From: Sphaerodactylus townsendi | Lineage: Eukaryota | Reading direction: 5' to 3' | DNA length: 64,000 bases | Assembly: GCF_021028975.2 (NCBI RefSeq) | Contig: NC_059427.1 | Location: 156,178,001-156,242,000, forward strand | In this document: in pieces, positions 1-12,400 of the stretch | Numbering within the stretch: the first letter of the stretch is position 1 | Layout: each line of letters begins with the position of its first letter | Position numbers and translations under genes: made by a program | Notes under the pieces: model-generated | Told to the model about the DNA's origin: nothing | The model's input: the letters and a program-made list of their open reading frames with translations, nothing else | The model's database searches: none

Positions 1-1144
1 TAAATTCTTTCTTTCTGCCTCTTTTTCTTTCCTGTCTCTATGCAACCCTCATCCCCACCTATACAGTCCACCACGATGCTGGTTTTCCTAACTTTGATTC
101 TTCGCCCTGTTTGTAGGGAACCCCCCCCCCCCATTCCCGCAAACCTCATTTTCAAGATGAGTAAAGATCCTATCTCTTTCACCTTCCTCCTCCCCTCCCT
201 CCCCTCCCTCCCCCACACCCTCCCCTCCCGTCTTCACCAGGCCTGATCTCTCATTGGAGCTAATGGGGACGAAAAGAATGTAAGTTATGTTCCCTTTGTC
301 TCCATAAGACTGTTGTTCTCTTTCCCCCCTCCCCTTCTGCCCTTCCCCTCCTCTCTTTCTGACTTGCTTTGTTTTAAACAGGAATACGGTTTCAGTTCAT
401 GTGCAAGGCTTTTCACGTGCATCCAGGCTCTCCAAGGACTACACGTGTAGCCCATCCTTCAGGAATGTCTCCTCGGAAGTAAACCCATTGCAATCTAAAG
501 AGGACTGATTCTCAAGCAAGGGTGCATGAGATTGCCAGCCTTTATTGCCCAGGTTACTCCCACTCGCTCCGATGGGTTTTATTCTGAGGCAAGTATGTAT
601 TGGGATAGTATAGCTTTAAGGCAAGACCCGGATCACTGGATCTCCCGCCCCCGCCCCAGAAAACCATTCCAGCAGGCTTGGCTGGTGTATATTTCTAAAC
701 AAAGACAAAATCCTACTCCTATACCCCACATTCCTTCCCCAAACTGCAAATGCTTTGTGAATGACCAGGCATATCTGTGTGTTCTTGAGCGCCTATACAT
801 TGTGTGCGTCTTACGTGTAAATTTCTGTGCATTNNNNNNNNNNNNNNNNNNNNNNNNNNNNNNNNNNNNNNNNNNNNNNNNNNNNNNNNNNNNNNNNNNN
901 NNNNNNNNNNNNNNNNNNNNNNNNNNNNNNNNNNNNNNNNNNNNNNNNNNNNNNNNNNNNNNNNNNNNNNNNNNNNNNNNNNNNNNNNNNNNNNNNNNNN
1001 NNNNNNNNNNNNNNNNNNNNNNNNNNNNNNNNNNNNNNNNNNNAAAAAGAGCTCTTATTCACAGCTTTAAAAACGACCCTTTTGTAGACGACCCACAACA
1101 AAAAAGGCAGGATACAGCGGCTTTGAAAGCAACCCGTAGGTACA

Positions 1145-1323
1145 TTTCCGCAGCCCAAAAATGCCAGCTTTATAGCTCTTGTTTGTCTCACTGCTGTGTG
1201 CGTTGAATAGAATGGAACAAAACAGGACCACAGAACCGGCTAGACGTCTGGCCTTAATTGTTTTATGGTTTAAATAAGGTGGGTGCTCCTCTCTTTGAAA
1301 CCGGCTTATTGGAATGTTTTGTC
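1145..1323. promoter_or_regulatory. Hoxc8 early enhancer (neural tube/mesoderm)
   Basis: About 3.7 kb upstream of the HOXC8 ATG. Shows the motif order I recall for the vertebrate Hoxc8 early enhancer: AAATGCCA, element A position (CTTTATAG 1168-1175), TGTTTGTCTC, AATGGAACAAAACAGG, AGACGTCTGG, TTAATTG+TTTTATGG (1254-1268), CTTTGAAA and GGAATGTTTTGTC. Confidence 0.85.
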
Positions 1324-1915
1324 TACCAGCAACAAACAACAGACACACCACCCCCTTCCATCCCCCCCTTCCCTTTGGCAGAGGAGAGAGAGGGGGAAAT
1401 CTTTTAAAACATTGCTCGGCGGGTGGGGGGGGGGAGAGGCAGCGGTTGGTAGGAGAGATAAGAGGAACGGCTACATTTCTGTGGTGCATCAACGTAAGTG
1501 TGTGTGCGCTCGCTTGTGTGTATGTACATTGTGGGCATTGTTATGACAGTAGGTGGTGGTTTAAGGTATGTAAGGGGAGGAAGTAACAAAATGAACAACT
1601 GAGCTGTGGTGACATTTTTTTAATGTTAAATTGATTTTTTTAAAAAAAACGGCTGATAAAAAGCTCGCTTGATTGATGAATGGTGATGGGTGGGACATCC
1701 CGTTCAAAATGGCCCTTCTTGAGCGAAATCCGATTTTGGTTCCGTTTGGTTCCCTTCGGGCCGAATCGGATGCACGTATTGGAAAGCTTGTAAGGAGGGA
1801 GGAGTGAAAAGAAAGAAAAAGGAGGGGTGAGATGGGGGGGGGGGGTTTGCGAGGAGCTCTTTCTCCACGTTTTGACCGAAAGGTTTTGTTGAGAGGCTTC
1901 TGCCTTGGGAAAAGC

Positions 1916-1934
1916 TGCCGCTAGATGGCGCTGT
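1916..1934 (+). promoter_or_regulatory. CTCF-binding motif
   Basis: TGCCGCTAGATGGCGCTGT matches the CTCF core CCRSYAGRKGGCRS. It lies upstream of HOXC8, on the HOXC9 side. Confidence 0.7.
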
Positions 1935-4900
1935 TGCTCAATCTTAGAAGCGATTAGCCGATTTACTTACAAAGCCGCAGGTTAACACATTCAGGACTCT
2001 TGTGCAGCCTGGCAGGAAAGCAGAGCTCAACAAATATGTACAGAAAGTCGTCTCACCTGCTATTATATTAACGTTGCCTTGCAAAAAGGACGTCAGATCC
2101 GGACTGCCCACAAACAGGCGTTTCGAGGGCTAGTGCAAACGAATATCTTGGGGCGGGGGAGGACCATACTGGAATTATATTTGTACAGTCCTACCCTACG
2201 TGTGAATGAAATGCATAGGTGCAGCGACGGTCCAGCAAGTGAAACACATGAATGATGAGTAGCAAAACCCGCTTGACGTTCATTTTCTTGAGCAAAGCTA
2301 AGACCAGATAGCAGCCTTGATACAAGCAGCTAAAGAAGAAAATCTGATTGTCAGATCCTATATGTGCATGATGGGTTCGATACACTTTTTAAAAGAGTAA
2401 TAGACAACTCCTCAGGAGGAATGGCATCGCTTCTCAAACGTTCATACATGAACAACCCATGTCCAGCAGAAACAAAGAGCCGTATTCGCAGCCACCTGAA
2501 ACGCCAAAATAATGGCTTCTCTCTGAATGTTATCCAAATGCTTTCTCTGTATGGCTCTTGCGGGTGACCAGTCCCTTCTGCGCATTTTTAAATAGCATAC
2601 TGTATGTCTCAGAATGGCACAACCTGACTTCTTTGTGTGTTGGCTTATTTTTGTGCTTGCTTGTAGAGCGTGGTAGATAGGCAATGCCCTCCCAGCAACT
2701 TTCTGCCTTCGCCGGAATTCATGGAATCGTGGTCAACAACACACACGAGAAATTCCCCCCACAAGCTGACTCCATTTCACTAAAAAGGGCTCGCCAGTGG
2801 GTTTCCAAACTCGAGAGCCAGTATTGATCAGCGCCCCTAAACAACGAGCCCATCGACTCTTATCTGCCAGTTAAGCCCTGTCAAGAGCTGCAGCGGTTGT
2901 TTAGGGGCTCCCCAGCTTGGCTACTGACTGGCAAGCCAGCCCCTTCCTTGAAAAATAGGGTGGGGGGGACCATAATTCCATGTTCAGTGTGAGACCTTTT
3001 TAATTGCATTTTAACGCAAGGCAGAAAGAGGGGGGGGGGCATCAACTCCAGCACCTCTGTTTCGAAGGAGAGGAGAATCTTATGGAACCAGATTTTTGAA
3101 ATACTTTTTTTGCAGGGGGTGGGGGGAGATGCCATTTATTTTGGTGATCTGGGTGGGAAAGGCATTTTCCTCTTCAGACGACACATTTGCTGTAAACACA
3201 AATGACAACCCAATGACAGATTTTTGGTATTATTGCCCAGTATAGGCATAGAACTCAGGAATTCAGGCTAGTTCACAAAGGCGGGGGTGCTGAGGGGAAA
3301 AGAGAAATTCTACGTCTCTAGATTTATTCTGAAGAGTGTTTTACGGTATTGCACACTTCCTAACAGTGGGGATTTCCTCGGTTTTGTTTCCCCCGATGAA
3401 ATTCATTTACTTGCTATTGGGGGTGGGGGTGGAGTGCAGAAACCCTGGAAGAGATTTCGAAGGGGGGGAGGGGTGTTCCTGATGAATTTGAGAAGGGGTC
3501 TGGCGGACAGTTAATTTATAGAAGTGAGTTTGATTTTTTTGTCATGTTTAAGGAGCTTCAAAAACCACTTCAGGAAATATTAATTTGCAAAACTTCTGAC
3601 AAAGAAGAGTGGCTCCTGCTTTTTAATGCTTCTGTTTAATGGCCCGAACTCGCTAACCGAGTCGTAAAAAATGGTTTCAGCCAATGGCCACTCCAGAGTT
3701 AGAAAAGTACAGGCTGAACAGGGCTGGTTTTCCCACTACGTGCACAACACACACAAGATACCTGGACAAATTCTCTAACATTTAAGTAATAGCAACGGGG
3801 GTGGGGGCACGAGATAGATACTACACCCACTCACCCACCCCAGCAAACACTGGACAGCCTGTGCTCTTCCCCCACCCCCAATTCCTTGGGCAAGACGTTT
3901 CCTGTAGAGCCAACTCCAAGGGACGCCTTCCAGTTTTTTCCAGGGGGGAGCAGTCCACCCACTGGCCCACAGAAAGAAAGGAGAGAGAATCATGCTCCTG
4001 AGATCTTTATTTTTCTTTCTTTCTTTTTAATAAAAAGCCAAAATATATACATAAAAGGAATAGCTATAAAGCACCTCGGGAAATCAGTGAACTTTCCATA
4101 TTGTTTTCGTCACTTTTTTACACAAAAGGGGGGGGGTATGATATGACACCCTCCCTAGACACTCACATAACTAGGATAGTTAAGAAAGATTGTGGGGGGG
4201 GGAGGTCCCTTAGCGTTATGGAACCCCTTAAAAGGCCACCTAAACCCACATACATCCCCCCCCCCCAACACAAACATTGATCTAGGTTAGCGTTTCCCAC
4301 CTATTACCTGTTGAAGTAACCTAAATTGACCTCGCTGGCGCATGTATTTGCTCAGATAAGTGAAGAGGCTCCGTTGCATAGGGGAAGGGGGGGTTGATGA
4401 GAAGAGCACCTAAGGGTATTACTGCGCACCTTTCATAACCCCGTTCCAGTCACTCGATATGAGGGTGTGCGCGTTTCCCCCCTCTTGCCTCCTTCTGCAG
4501 GGCTGCTTCTCTCACCTCGCCGTCACCCCCGCTCGAAACCCCCCGATTTCCCTGTCATTTTCTCCCTGAGCCTGTCTTGCCGGGCTGGATTGATGAATCC
4601 AGATCGCGTGTGTGTGCGAGAGAGAGTGCCTCACCGCCGGGATTTTGAGGAATTTGCCTGTGGTGTTAAAGGGAAGGGAGCAAGTAAGAGAAACTGAGAG
4701 AGAGCTCTACCTATCGACGGATATAAGAGAAGTCAAGAGCATTAGGCATAAGCAGCCATATCTACTCAGGCAGTATGAAACGTCTTTGAGAGAGCGCGTT
4801 ACAAAAAAAAAAAAAAAAACCAACAACCCACAACCAGCCACTAACCAGGACTTTTCCAGAGTCCAGGGAGAGGGGAGAGGCGAGAGTCCTTAGCACTGAT

Positions 4901-4989
4901 CTCTTAAAGCATTAAAAGACTTTTTTGGGGGGTTGTTTTTCCTTGCGAAAACCAGGGGTTGGCTCCTCTCCTCCTTTCATGCGAAAGCC

Positions 4990-5425
4990 ATGAGTTCCTA
5001 CTTTGTCAATCCGCTCTTCTCCAAGTACAAAGGCGGCGAGTCCCTGGAACCAACTTACTACGACTGCAGATTTCCACAAAGTGTTAGCAGGAGCCATGCT
5101 CTCGTGTACGGTCCGGGCACCACGGCTCCCGGCTTCCAGCACCCGTCACACCACGTCCAGGAGTTCTTCCACCACGGAACCTCCAGCATTTCCAACTCGG
5201 GATACCAGCAGAATCCTTGCGCCCTGGCGTGCCACGGAGACGCGTCTAAATTCTATGGATACGAAGCCCTGCCTAGGCAATCGCTTTATGGTGCCCAGCA
5301 AGAGGCGGCCGTGGTACAATATCCTGACTGTAAATCCTCTTCCAACAGTAACTCTAGCGAGGGACAAGGGCATTTAAATCAAAATTCTTCGCCCAGCCTC
5401 ATGTTCCCATGGATGAGACCTCACG
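4990..5425 (+). CDS. HOXC8: Homeobox protein Hox-C8, exon 1
   Basis: Reads MSSYFVNPLFSKYKGGESLEPTYYDCRFPQSV to the hexapeptide MFPWMRPH. Donor G|GTTAG at 5425/5426. Joins 6997-7289 to give 242 aa. Confidence 0.96.
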
Positions 5426-6996
5426 GTTAGGATACTTTTTTTCCCTTCTCTTTCTTGAATGTGTTTGATTTTTTTAAAAAATTATTTAAGCAGGGAAAGA
5501 AAGGAAGGGGGGTGGGGGGAAGGGGGGCATGTTTGTATTTGGAAGAGACAGAGAAAGGCAGAGAGAAGGTTCGATTGTAATAATGTTTCTGCTTCCTGTC
5601 GAGGGGGTTGGGTGTGTGGGGGGGATGCTTTTAAAAAGTAAACAAGGGTGCAGTTGGCTTAGAAAGCCAGCAAGGTGATTTCTGGGTTTAAATCACAATA
5701 AAGTAAAACTTTTTTTTAATGGCTCGCCTCGAGGAGAGCGGTAAGATACAGCTCCCACGAGGTTATTAGCATGTTCATAATACGCTGCTTTCCCCCCCTA
5801 AAATGTCATACAGATTTTTTTTTAATCGCTTGACGTCTTGAGCGAAAAGATTAGGGGGTTTGGGAAGAGGGGCATTTGTGTACTTTGCTTAAGATCACAG
5901 TAGGCTATTTTGGGGGACCCTTGGAATTAAAAGTTTAAACTTGAATGGGCAACTTTGTTCGGTATATTTTTTTTAACCATGAAACAGGAGATAAACCTAG
6001 ACTGTTCTGCCCCAGGAAGAATAGAAAAATATTATGAGTACCAATATTCATAATATAGTAATAACATACAATTAATTGGCCTCAACTTTGATTAAGGCAG
6101 CTGTACCAATGCTATAATACTTACTCAGAACAAGTTTCACTCTTTATTCAGAAGATTTGTTTATTCACACGAAAGGTCAGTTGTTTTAAGTGGGAAATTC
6201 TTTAGAATCCAGCTCTTCTTTCTTTAGGACACAACAGTCCTGTAAACACTGCTTAGGACGTGGCCCAGGGAAGCTTCAAATAAGAGACTGGAGGAATAAT
6301 AAAAGATTTAAAAGTTGCTTTTGTAAACCAGACATCTCCCCAGTAGTAAAACTGCTAAGGTAGGATTTATGTAGAGTGTTGCTAGAGTACTGTATGTATA
6401 TATGCATATGTGAGTGTGTACAGCCATGCACTCTCTATATAAACACAGAGCTTCATGTGTAGGCATTCTTGTACCGAAAAACAAAATACCATAGAATTTC
6501 AACTATACGGTATACATTTAAATAATAATAATAATATGGACACCTTCTCAATTATGATAGGCAGGGTTTCCTACAGCCATACGCTTGGGTGCATAAAAAC
6601 ACCCACTTCCCCCACAAAATGCAGAAGCATAGTCTGGATTCTTAACAAAATAGTAATAAAGAAATCTCTGCCTCGAGGACTACCAACCAAGACTGAGAAG
6701 CGAGGGGGCTGTATTTTAAAGAATGGGATTTGTATCACCAGGAGGTTTTTAAAAGTAAATATTGCGGGGGGGGGGGGGGTTGGAGGCTGAATGGAAGGAC
6801 GGCTGCTCTGGCACTACGTTCTTCAAAGGGGATGGTTTCTTTTACTGGACTGCTGGAATGCTCCGAAGGTTGTGGGGCTGGGAGTGACAGAGGGGGAAGC
6901 GTGGTCAGTGATCTGCAGTGGAGAGGAGACATTCCCAGCAAAAAAGCCTAACCGGTCCTTTTCCTCCCCCCTCTTGTTGTTGTTGGTGTCCTCCAG

Positions 6997-7289
6997 CTCC
7001 CGGAAGGCGCAGTGGCAGGCAGACTTACAGCCGGTACCAAACCCTGGAGCTAGAGAAAGAGTTTCTCTTCAACCCCTATTTGACACGGAAGCGACGCATT
7101 GAGGTCTCTCATGCTCTGGGACTGACCGAGAGGCAGGTCAAGATTTGGTTCCAGAACAGGAGGATGAAATGGAAGAAAGAAAACAACAAGGATAAACTCC
7201 CCGGGGCCAGGGAAGAGGAGAAAACCGAGGAGGAAGGCAACGAGGAAGAAGAGAAAGAAGAAGAGGAGAAAGAAGAAAGCAAGGACTGA
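6997..7289 (+). CDS. HOXC8: Homeobox protein Hox-C8, exon 2 (homeodomain)
   Basis: Acceptor CTCCAG| at 6996/6997. Reads [69 protein letters not shown], then an acidic tail. TGA at 7287-7289. Confidence 0.97.
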
Positions 7290-7401
7290 TGTCTCCCAGC
7301 TCCTTGAAGTCCTCGTTTTATGGCAGATGATAAATCGAGATGTTTACGACGGTCATTCGCTTTTATAGAGTATAGAATGGAGAGACTCACACACAACAGT
7401 A

Positions 7402-8424
7402 ACTACCTGTCAAACAGTTGTAGACCCCCTTTTTTATTGTCATCGAACTTCCCCTAGTTTTTTCTCCCGTTCTCCTATAGCAGCAATTTCCCCCCTCTTG
7501 GGCTTTCTTTGACATAAATCTAGAGCTGGTTTGACTGCGACCCAGTCCGGAACCAGCAGTACCTATTTGCAAAGAACTGGACCTTCCTATCCTCACCACC
7601 AGCAACGACCCAACCCCACCCCACCCCTTCCCGCTCCTTGCTTTATTCTGACTCTGAACCACAAACACTCTTATGTGTTTGTTTGGAAGTAAGAATGATT
7701 CCTGTTTCCTCTCTGCCCTTGTTTGCTCCCCAAGTTTAATCATATAATGGGGGCCTGGGAGGAGGTTCAGGAGTGATGCTTTATGCTTAGTCTTTTTTAA
7801 AAAACTGTCTACCTATGTATTCTTCCATGTTAAGGTCCTTTTATGATTTTTGCTTTTAGTTCTCAGTCTGTACCTACTGAAGGACAATTGGGATGGGGGT
7901 GGGTGGGTAGGTGGAGGCTTGACGTGTGCCTGAAGACAGATCCACATGCTTACCAGTTACCTATGAACATATCTGTACATACAGTCTACCTATATATGCC
8001 CTGTTCTTTGGCAGGCAAAGGTTGCGACCCTATGCATCTTACCTTAGAAGATAAATCCCACCCCAAATCAAGGGGGACTTACTTCTGAGTAAACATGCAT
8101 TGGAGAGCTGTGAAGAACGTGGAACCATGGAGTGATTTATATGGGCGTTGTTTACTATAGGACTTGTGTGAGTGCTCGAAATTCTTAACATACTACCTAA
8201 TGGGAATCCTGCAATAATATTCTGTTAGAAACAAGGTGGGGGCTTACACACTTGGGGGGGAAATAAAGAAACAAACAAACTCGGTGGAAATCATTTTTGA
8301 AAAAGGAGAGTAGAGTAATGCCCCAATGCAAGCTACTAAGTAGCAGAAATTAATAAGAATAAGTAATAAAAATACAAAAAAAAATACCCACACCCTACAT
8401 TGTAATGTATCTTATCACTACCTA
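7402..8424 (+). promoter_or_regulatory. Cluster of miR-196 seed matches in the HOXC8 3'UTR
   Basis: ACTACCT at 7402-7408, ACTACCTA at 8192-8199 and 8417-8424, CTACCTA at 7809-7815 and 7986-7992. These are complements of the miR-196 seed AGGUAGU. Confidence 0.75.
8020..8110. mobile_element. Degenerate ~90-bp palindromic MITE-like element inside the HOXC8 3'UTR
   Basis: ccctatgcatcttacc-tagaagataaatccc...gggacttacttctgagtaaacatgcattgg has imperfect self-complementary ends. It shares GACTTACTTCYGAGTAAAC with 34577-34596. Confidence 0.5.
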
Positions 8425-8520
8425 TAGAAGGAGTCATGCTTTGAAAGTATTTGTAATGCAGTTTTGTTGTCGTATGTTGCTGCTTAATTTTTTTTTTCTT
8501 GGAAAAAGGTAAATTTAATT

Positions 8521-8541
8521 CCCAACAACTGAAACTGCCTA
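8521..8541 (+). promoter_or_regulatory. Extended-complementarity miR-196 target site (HOXC8 3'UTR)
   Basis: CCCAACAACTGAAACTGCCTA versus the perfect miR-196a complement CCCAACAACATGAAACTACCTA: one bulge and one G:U pair. This is the Hox8-paralogue site type. Confidence 0.9.
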
Positions 8542-8795
8542 GATAAGAACGCACAGTATTGTATTATTTTATTGTGCTTATAATGTAGTTTAGGACTTAA
8601 ATTGCACTGAATGTATAGTTATCTATTTGTCTTGACTTATCTGTTGATGCAACATGCTCGAATTACAAAAAAAAGTCATTTGTTTTATGTAAACCATAGT
8701 TCTCTGCGTGTTCAAAACTCTGAATGTAGCAATTTCTGCCAGAAAGCCAATTCTGGCAACCGTGGATTTGTATTGTATACGTGAGACATTACGTA

Positions 8796-8801
8796 AATAA
8801 A
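8796..8801 (+). terminator. Probable HOXC8 polyadenylation signal
   Basis: AATAAA at the end of an AU-rich block downstream of the miR-196 site. Confidence 0.55.
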
Positions 8802-9396
8802 CAATTAAAAAAGGCAAAACATGAATTGTGGCTTTTTAAAAAAATAGCTGGGAAATCCCTGGGACCCATAAACTCCACCAGTAGGGAACAATTAAAATGT
8901 TCAGGTTGTGGAACTATTCAGAACACAAAACAGTTAAAAACATGCATTATGTTAGCACATTCACGGAAATAAGATTCTAAAACAAAGGGAATTTGGAAAC
9001 CAAGATCCAAGGAAATCAGTGGAATATTCTCCTTCCTCAGGTTTACTATCTAGATATCATCTGAGTAAACAAAGAGGGGAGGGAAAGCCAATACCATCCC
9101 TGCCTCTGCATATTGATCCACAAAAGGAAATCTTTCAGTAACACAAAGTGATACCCACGAATGGCTTGAGGATGGAATTACTCTCTCCCATGAATTACTC
9201 ACCATCTACCCTATTCTTCATATTCTGCAGGGACATTCCACATTACTCCTGAGTCTTTACTACTTCCACATTTGCTATGGAATGCTTAGATACCTCTCCT
9301 CTTCTCACATTAAACAAAAACTCACAAGCTTGCAATATGGCATTCACTGGGGTAGTGGATCCACTGGCAATGTTGGCTCTTTCGCAAGGTGTCTTT

Positions 9397-9462
9397 CAGT
9401 TCAATCCTAAACAGAGTCACTCATAGGATTAGACTGGAGTGACTCTGTTTAGGATGACACTG
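9397..9462. mobile_element. Short palindromic MITE-like element
   Basis: Perfect 19-bp inverted repeat ATCCTAAACAGAGTCACTC (9404-9422) / GAGTGACTCTGTTTAGGAT (9437-9455), with outer CAGT/ACTG. Confidence 0.65.
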
Positions 9463-12400
9463 TTCGTGCTACTGGGCAAAAATTAAAACAGTCCCTTTAC
9501 AAGTCTCCCTTCTAATGCTGTGGGGTACTGAAAGGAGGCGTTATGGGAGGAAGGAAAATGTATTTTGCGATGTATTAGTCTACACATAAACCATACTTGG
9601 GCTGTACTAGAAAATAAGAGTGAACTGAAGGGACAGAATTATTTTCCCACTATGTGATTTGCCACATATATACACACTTGAAGACAAAATACTATTTTGG
9701 GTGCATTTTATATGTGCTTTTAAAAGTGTGTGAGAGGGAGGGGTTTTCTGTTTTCTGGTGTGCAGAGAAATGGACAGCATCCTACACTGGTTGTTGGTCT
9801 GGAAGCGGATGGGTTGTTTATAATGATGCACTAGATAAGACATTTCAGAATTCCTAAGATACATTTTGGCTTAGTAGACTGGAGTCTGGACCAGCCTCTA
9901 GGATGTTGAGAGCCCTGTTAACAGCCAAACGGCAATTCTGAAGTTTTTAATACAGAAATGAGAGGCATGTATGTTTGTGAGAGAGACAGTCGCACAGCAA
10001 GACAGGAGGAGGAAAAACCGCTGAATATTACAGAAGAAAACTATGGGAGGAGGACATTATGTGGCATGCATTTCCCTTAGGTGCATCCCTACATGTCTGT
10101 CGATACACATGTGCCTCTATACTCACACACATGTGCATACATATTCGTGTGCATGAGCGGGCATCTATAGCTCCGTATTTCAGAGTCTTAAAATATTCCA
10201 GCTAAGTGCTTGTGACGGACTTATAGATGCTGGTACTGACCGAGGAAAGATGAAATATATGGTATCAAGGTGCTTCTTTAGAACATAAGGTGTTGGAGAA
10301 CCTGAAAAAGACGGTCAATCCTAGTAAAAGTTGTATGCAGAGAATTCACTTTTCCAAACACAAAGAACACCTTTTTTTTCCCCTTCAAAAAACAGTGGGG
10401 AGTTTCCATGATCATGAATCTAAGAGGCTCCTTAGTTCGGACTGGGAAAAGGGGGGGTGGGGTGTCAAATAAGACAATGTTGGCAGCATAATTGTGCACT
10501 ATACCATAATACACCTACGGGGAAGGCAGGTCCCTGCCCCAGCCGCTAGAATTCGAATCCACAACACCAAGGATCTTGCCTAGACATATACAGACGCACA
10601 CCCCTATTATTATCAGGCATATCCTTGAGGGGACATAGTAGATCCCACCGATTCGCTTTCTCTTGGCAAGGGACGGGCAATAAAGCCCCCATTGTCCAGA
10701 CCGGGTGGAGCTGCAGAGTTAGAAAGGTAAGCGGTTTTATTACTCGTCAAAATAAAGCCGGGCCTATCTTTCCCGACCAGTTAAATATATATTCGGAGTT
10801 TATTATTGTTATCATTATCGTTATTATTTCTCACCAGCCACTGGGAGGTGGGGGGGTCGGGTCTGAAGTGGTGGGGAAAGTTGACCCGACACCTTTCAAA
10901 GCCAAGCTGAGGACCAACTGCTTGACCAACTCAGCAGTTCCGGGTTTGAAAGCTCACCTTCTCCTTTCCTTCTCCCCAGCCAGCCCAGCCCCAAAGGTCT
11001 CAGGGAGTCTGGGAGCAGACTGTCCTTCGGTGATGTTCGAGTGGTGTATGTGTGTGGGGAGGGGGAGGCGAGAAAACTTAGTTAATTTCGAAATAAAGGA
11101 AAATTGAGGTGGCGGAGAGGACAACGGGTGGGGTGGGGTGGAAAAAAAAGCTGTATCTGCAAGCGATCAATCATTTTTAAATCAACATTCCTAAGTGGTT
11201 TGATTTGAAGGAATCTCCCAACGCTGCTGATCTATCATAGGGTTAGATGTTAAATTATTGAAATTGCAAGGGGGGGAAAGCTGTTATTTGTTTGCGGAGG
11301 GGGGGGGACACGACTGTTTATAGCTTATAGTCAACACAACCGACTGGCATCTTTAGATGACAAGCGATTTTTGGGGAAGGGGGTAATCACTCCATCATTT
11401 CCAGACCGAGAAGAAAAGAAGCAAAGGGGGGGGGGGGAGAGAGAAAGGCCATTTTTATGGGGCGAAGTAATTTGAAAGAAGATAACGGTTTCCACAAAGT
11501 GGCTGATTCGGAAATGATCATTACTTCGGTATTACCGAAATGAGATTCATCCACCCGCCTGGAGAAGAAATATCATCCTCTTCGGTGCTTTCTTTCTTTC
11601 TTTCTTTCTTTCTTTTTATTAGCCCATCACAATTCCTTCAAATCTTCATTTGTGATGTGTGAAAAATATCATTCCTCGAAATGCTGCGACGGAACATATT
11701 GCTCATTTTCTCTTAATTTATTATTCTAATCACAGCAGCCGTTACATGATAATGTACCCATTAGGCGGGTGGGGTGGGGGGGGGGGAAGAGTTTCGTTTC
11801 CCTACTCGGGAATGTACACAAATGATATGTCTCAGACATTCACAAAGTTTCCGGACTCAAGTTTTCAGACGGGTGTGGGGAAAAGTCCCAAAATCGGGAA
11901 GGGAAAGTTTCCCCATTTCTCCTGTTCCTTCTTCCTAGAGCCTTTTCTTTCTGTCTCTGCTTCTGTTTTTCTTTCTCAATTTCAAGTTAGTTATTGAGTT
12001 TTCGTTTGGGGACACTTGGGTAGACCTTCAGCCACTTTCTTTCCCACCCTCCCGCTTCCAGGTGCGAAGGAAAAGTCCGCATCTCAAGGGCAGCAGGGGT
12101 GCGGCTATCCCCACAAGGCGGGAGAGTCGTCTGAAGGGAACACATAATAGGTACAAAATGGGATGAGGGAAACGTGTCGAAGCGCCCCTTGGCCAGGGGA
12201 TGGAAATGCGGAGGACAGGTTAGGCGCTTGGTCCAGAGGTTTTAGGGTTTTTTGTTTTTAAATCCCTGTTCTCTTTATGGACCCTTTTCCTCCCTGGAAA
12301 ACGGAGACTGTCTCCAGAGCCGTGTTGTGACGGTTCCTTCCCCGTCGTAACTTTTAACTACCTGTTATAAAATTTATGGGCGGTTTGTAAAGTGAAAAAA

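Noticed and set aside
526-1206. ORFs containing X runs (also near 26.4, 54.5, 56.3 and 62.0 kb)
   Set aside because: Artefacts of translation through N gaps.
4933-4989. N-terminal extension of HOXC8 in the ORF track
   Set aside because: It starts at TTG. The conserved start is MSSYF at 4990.
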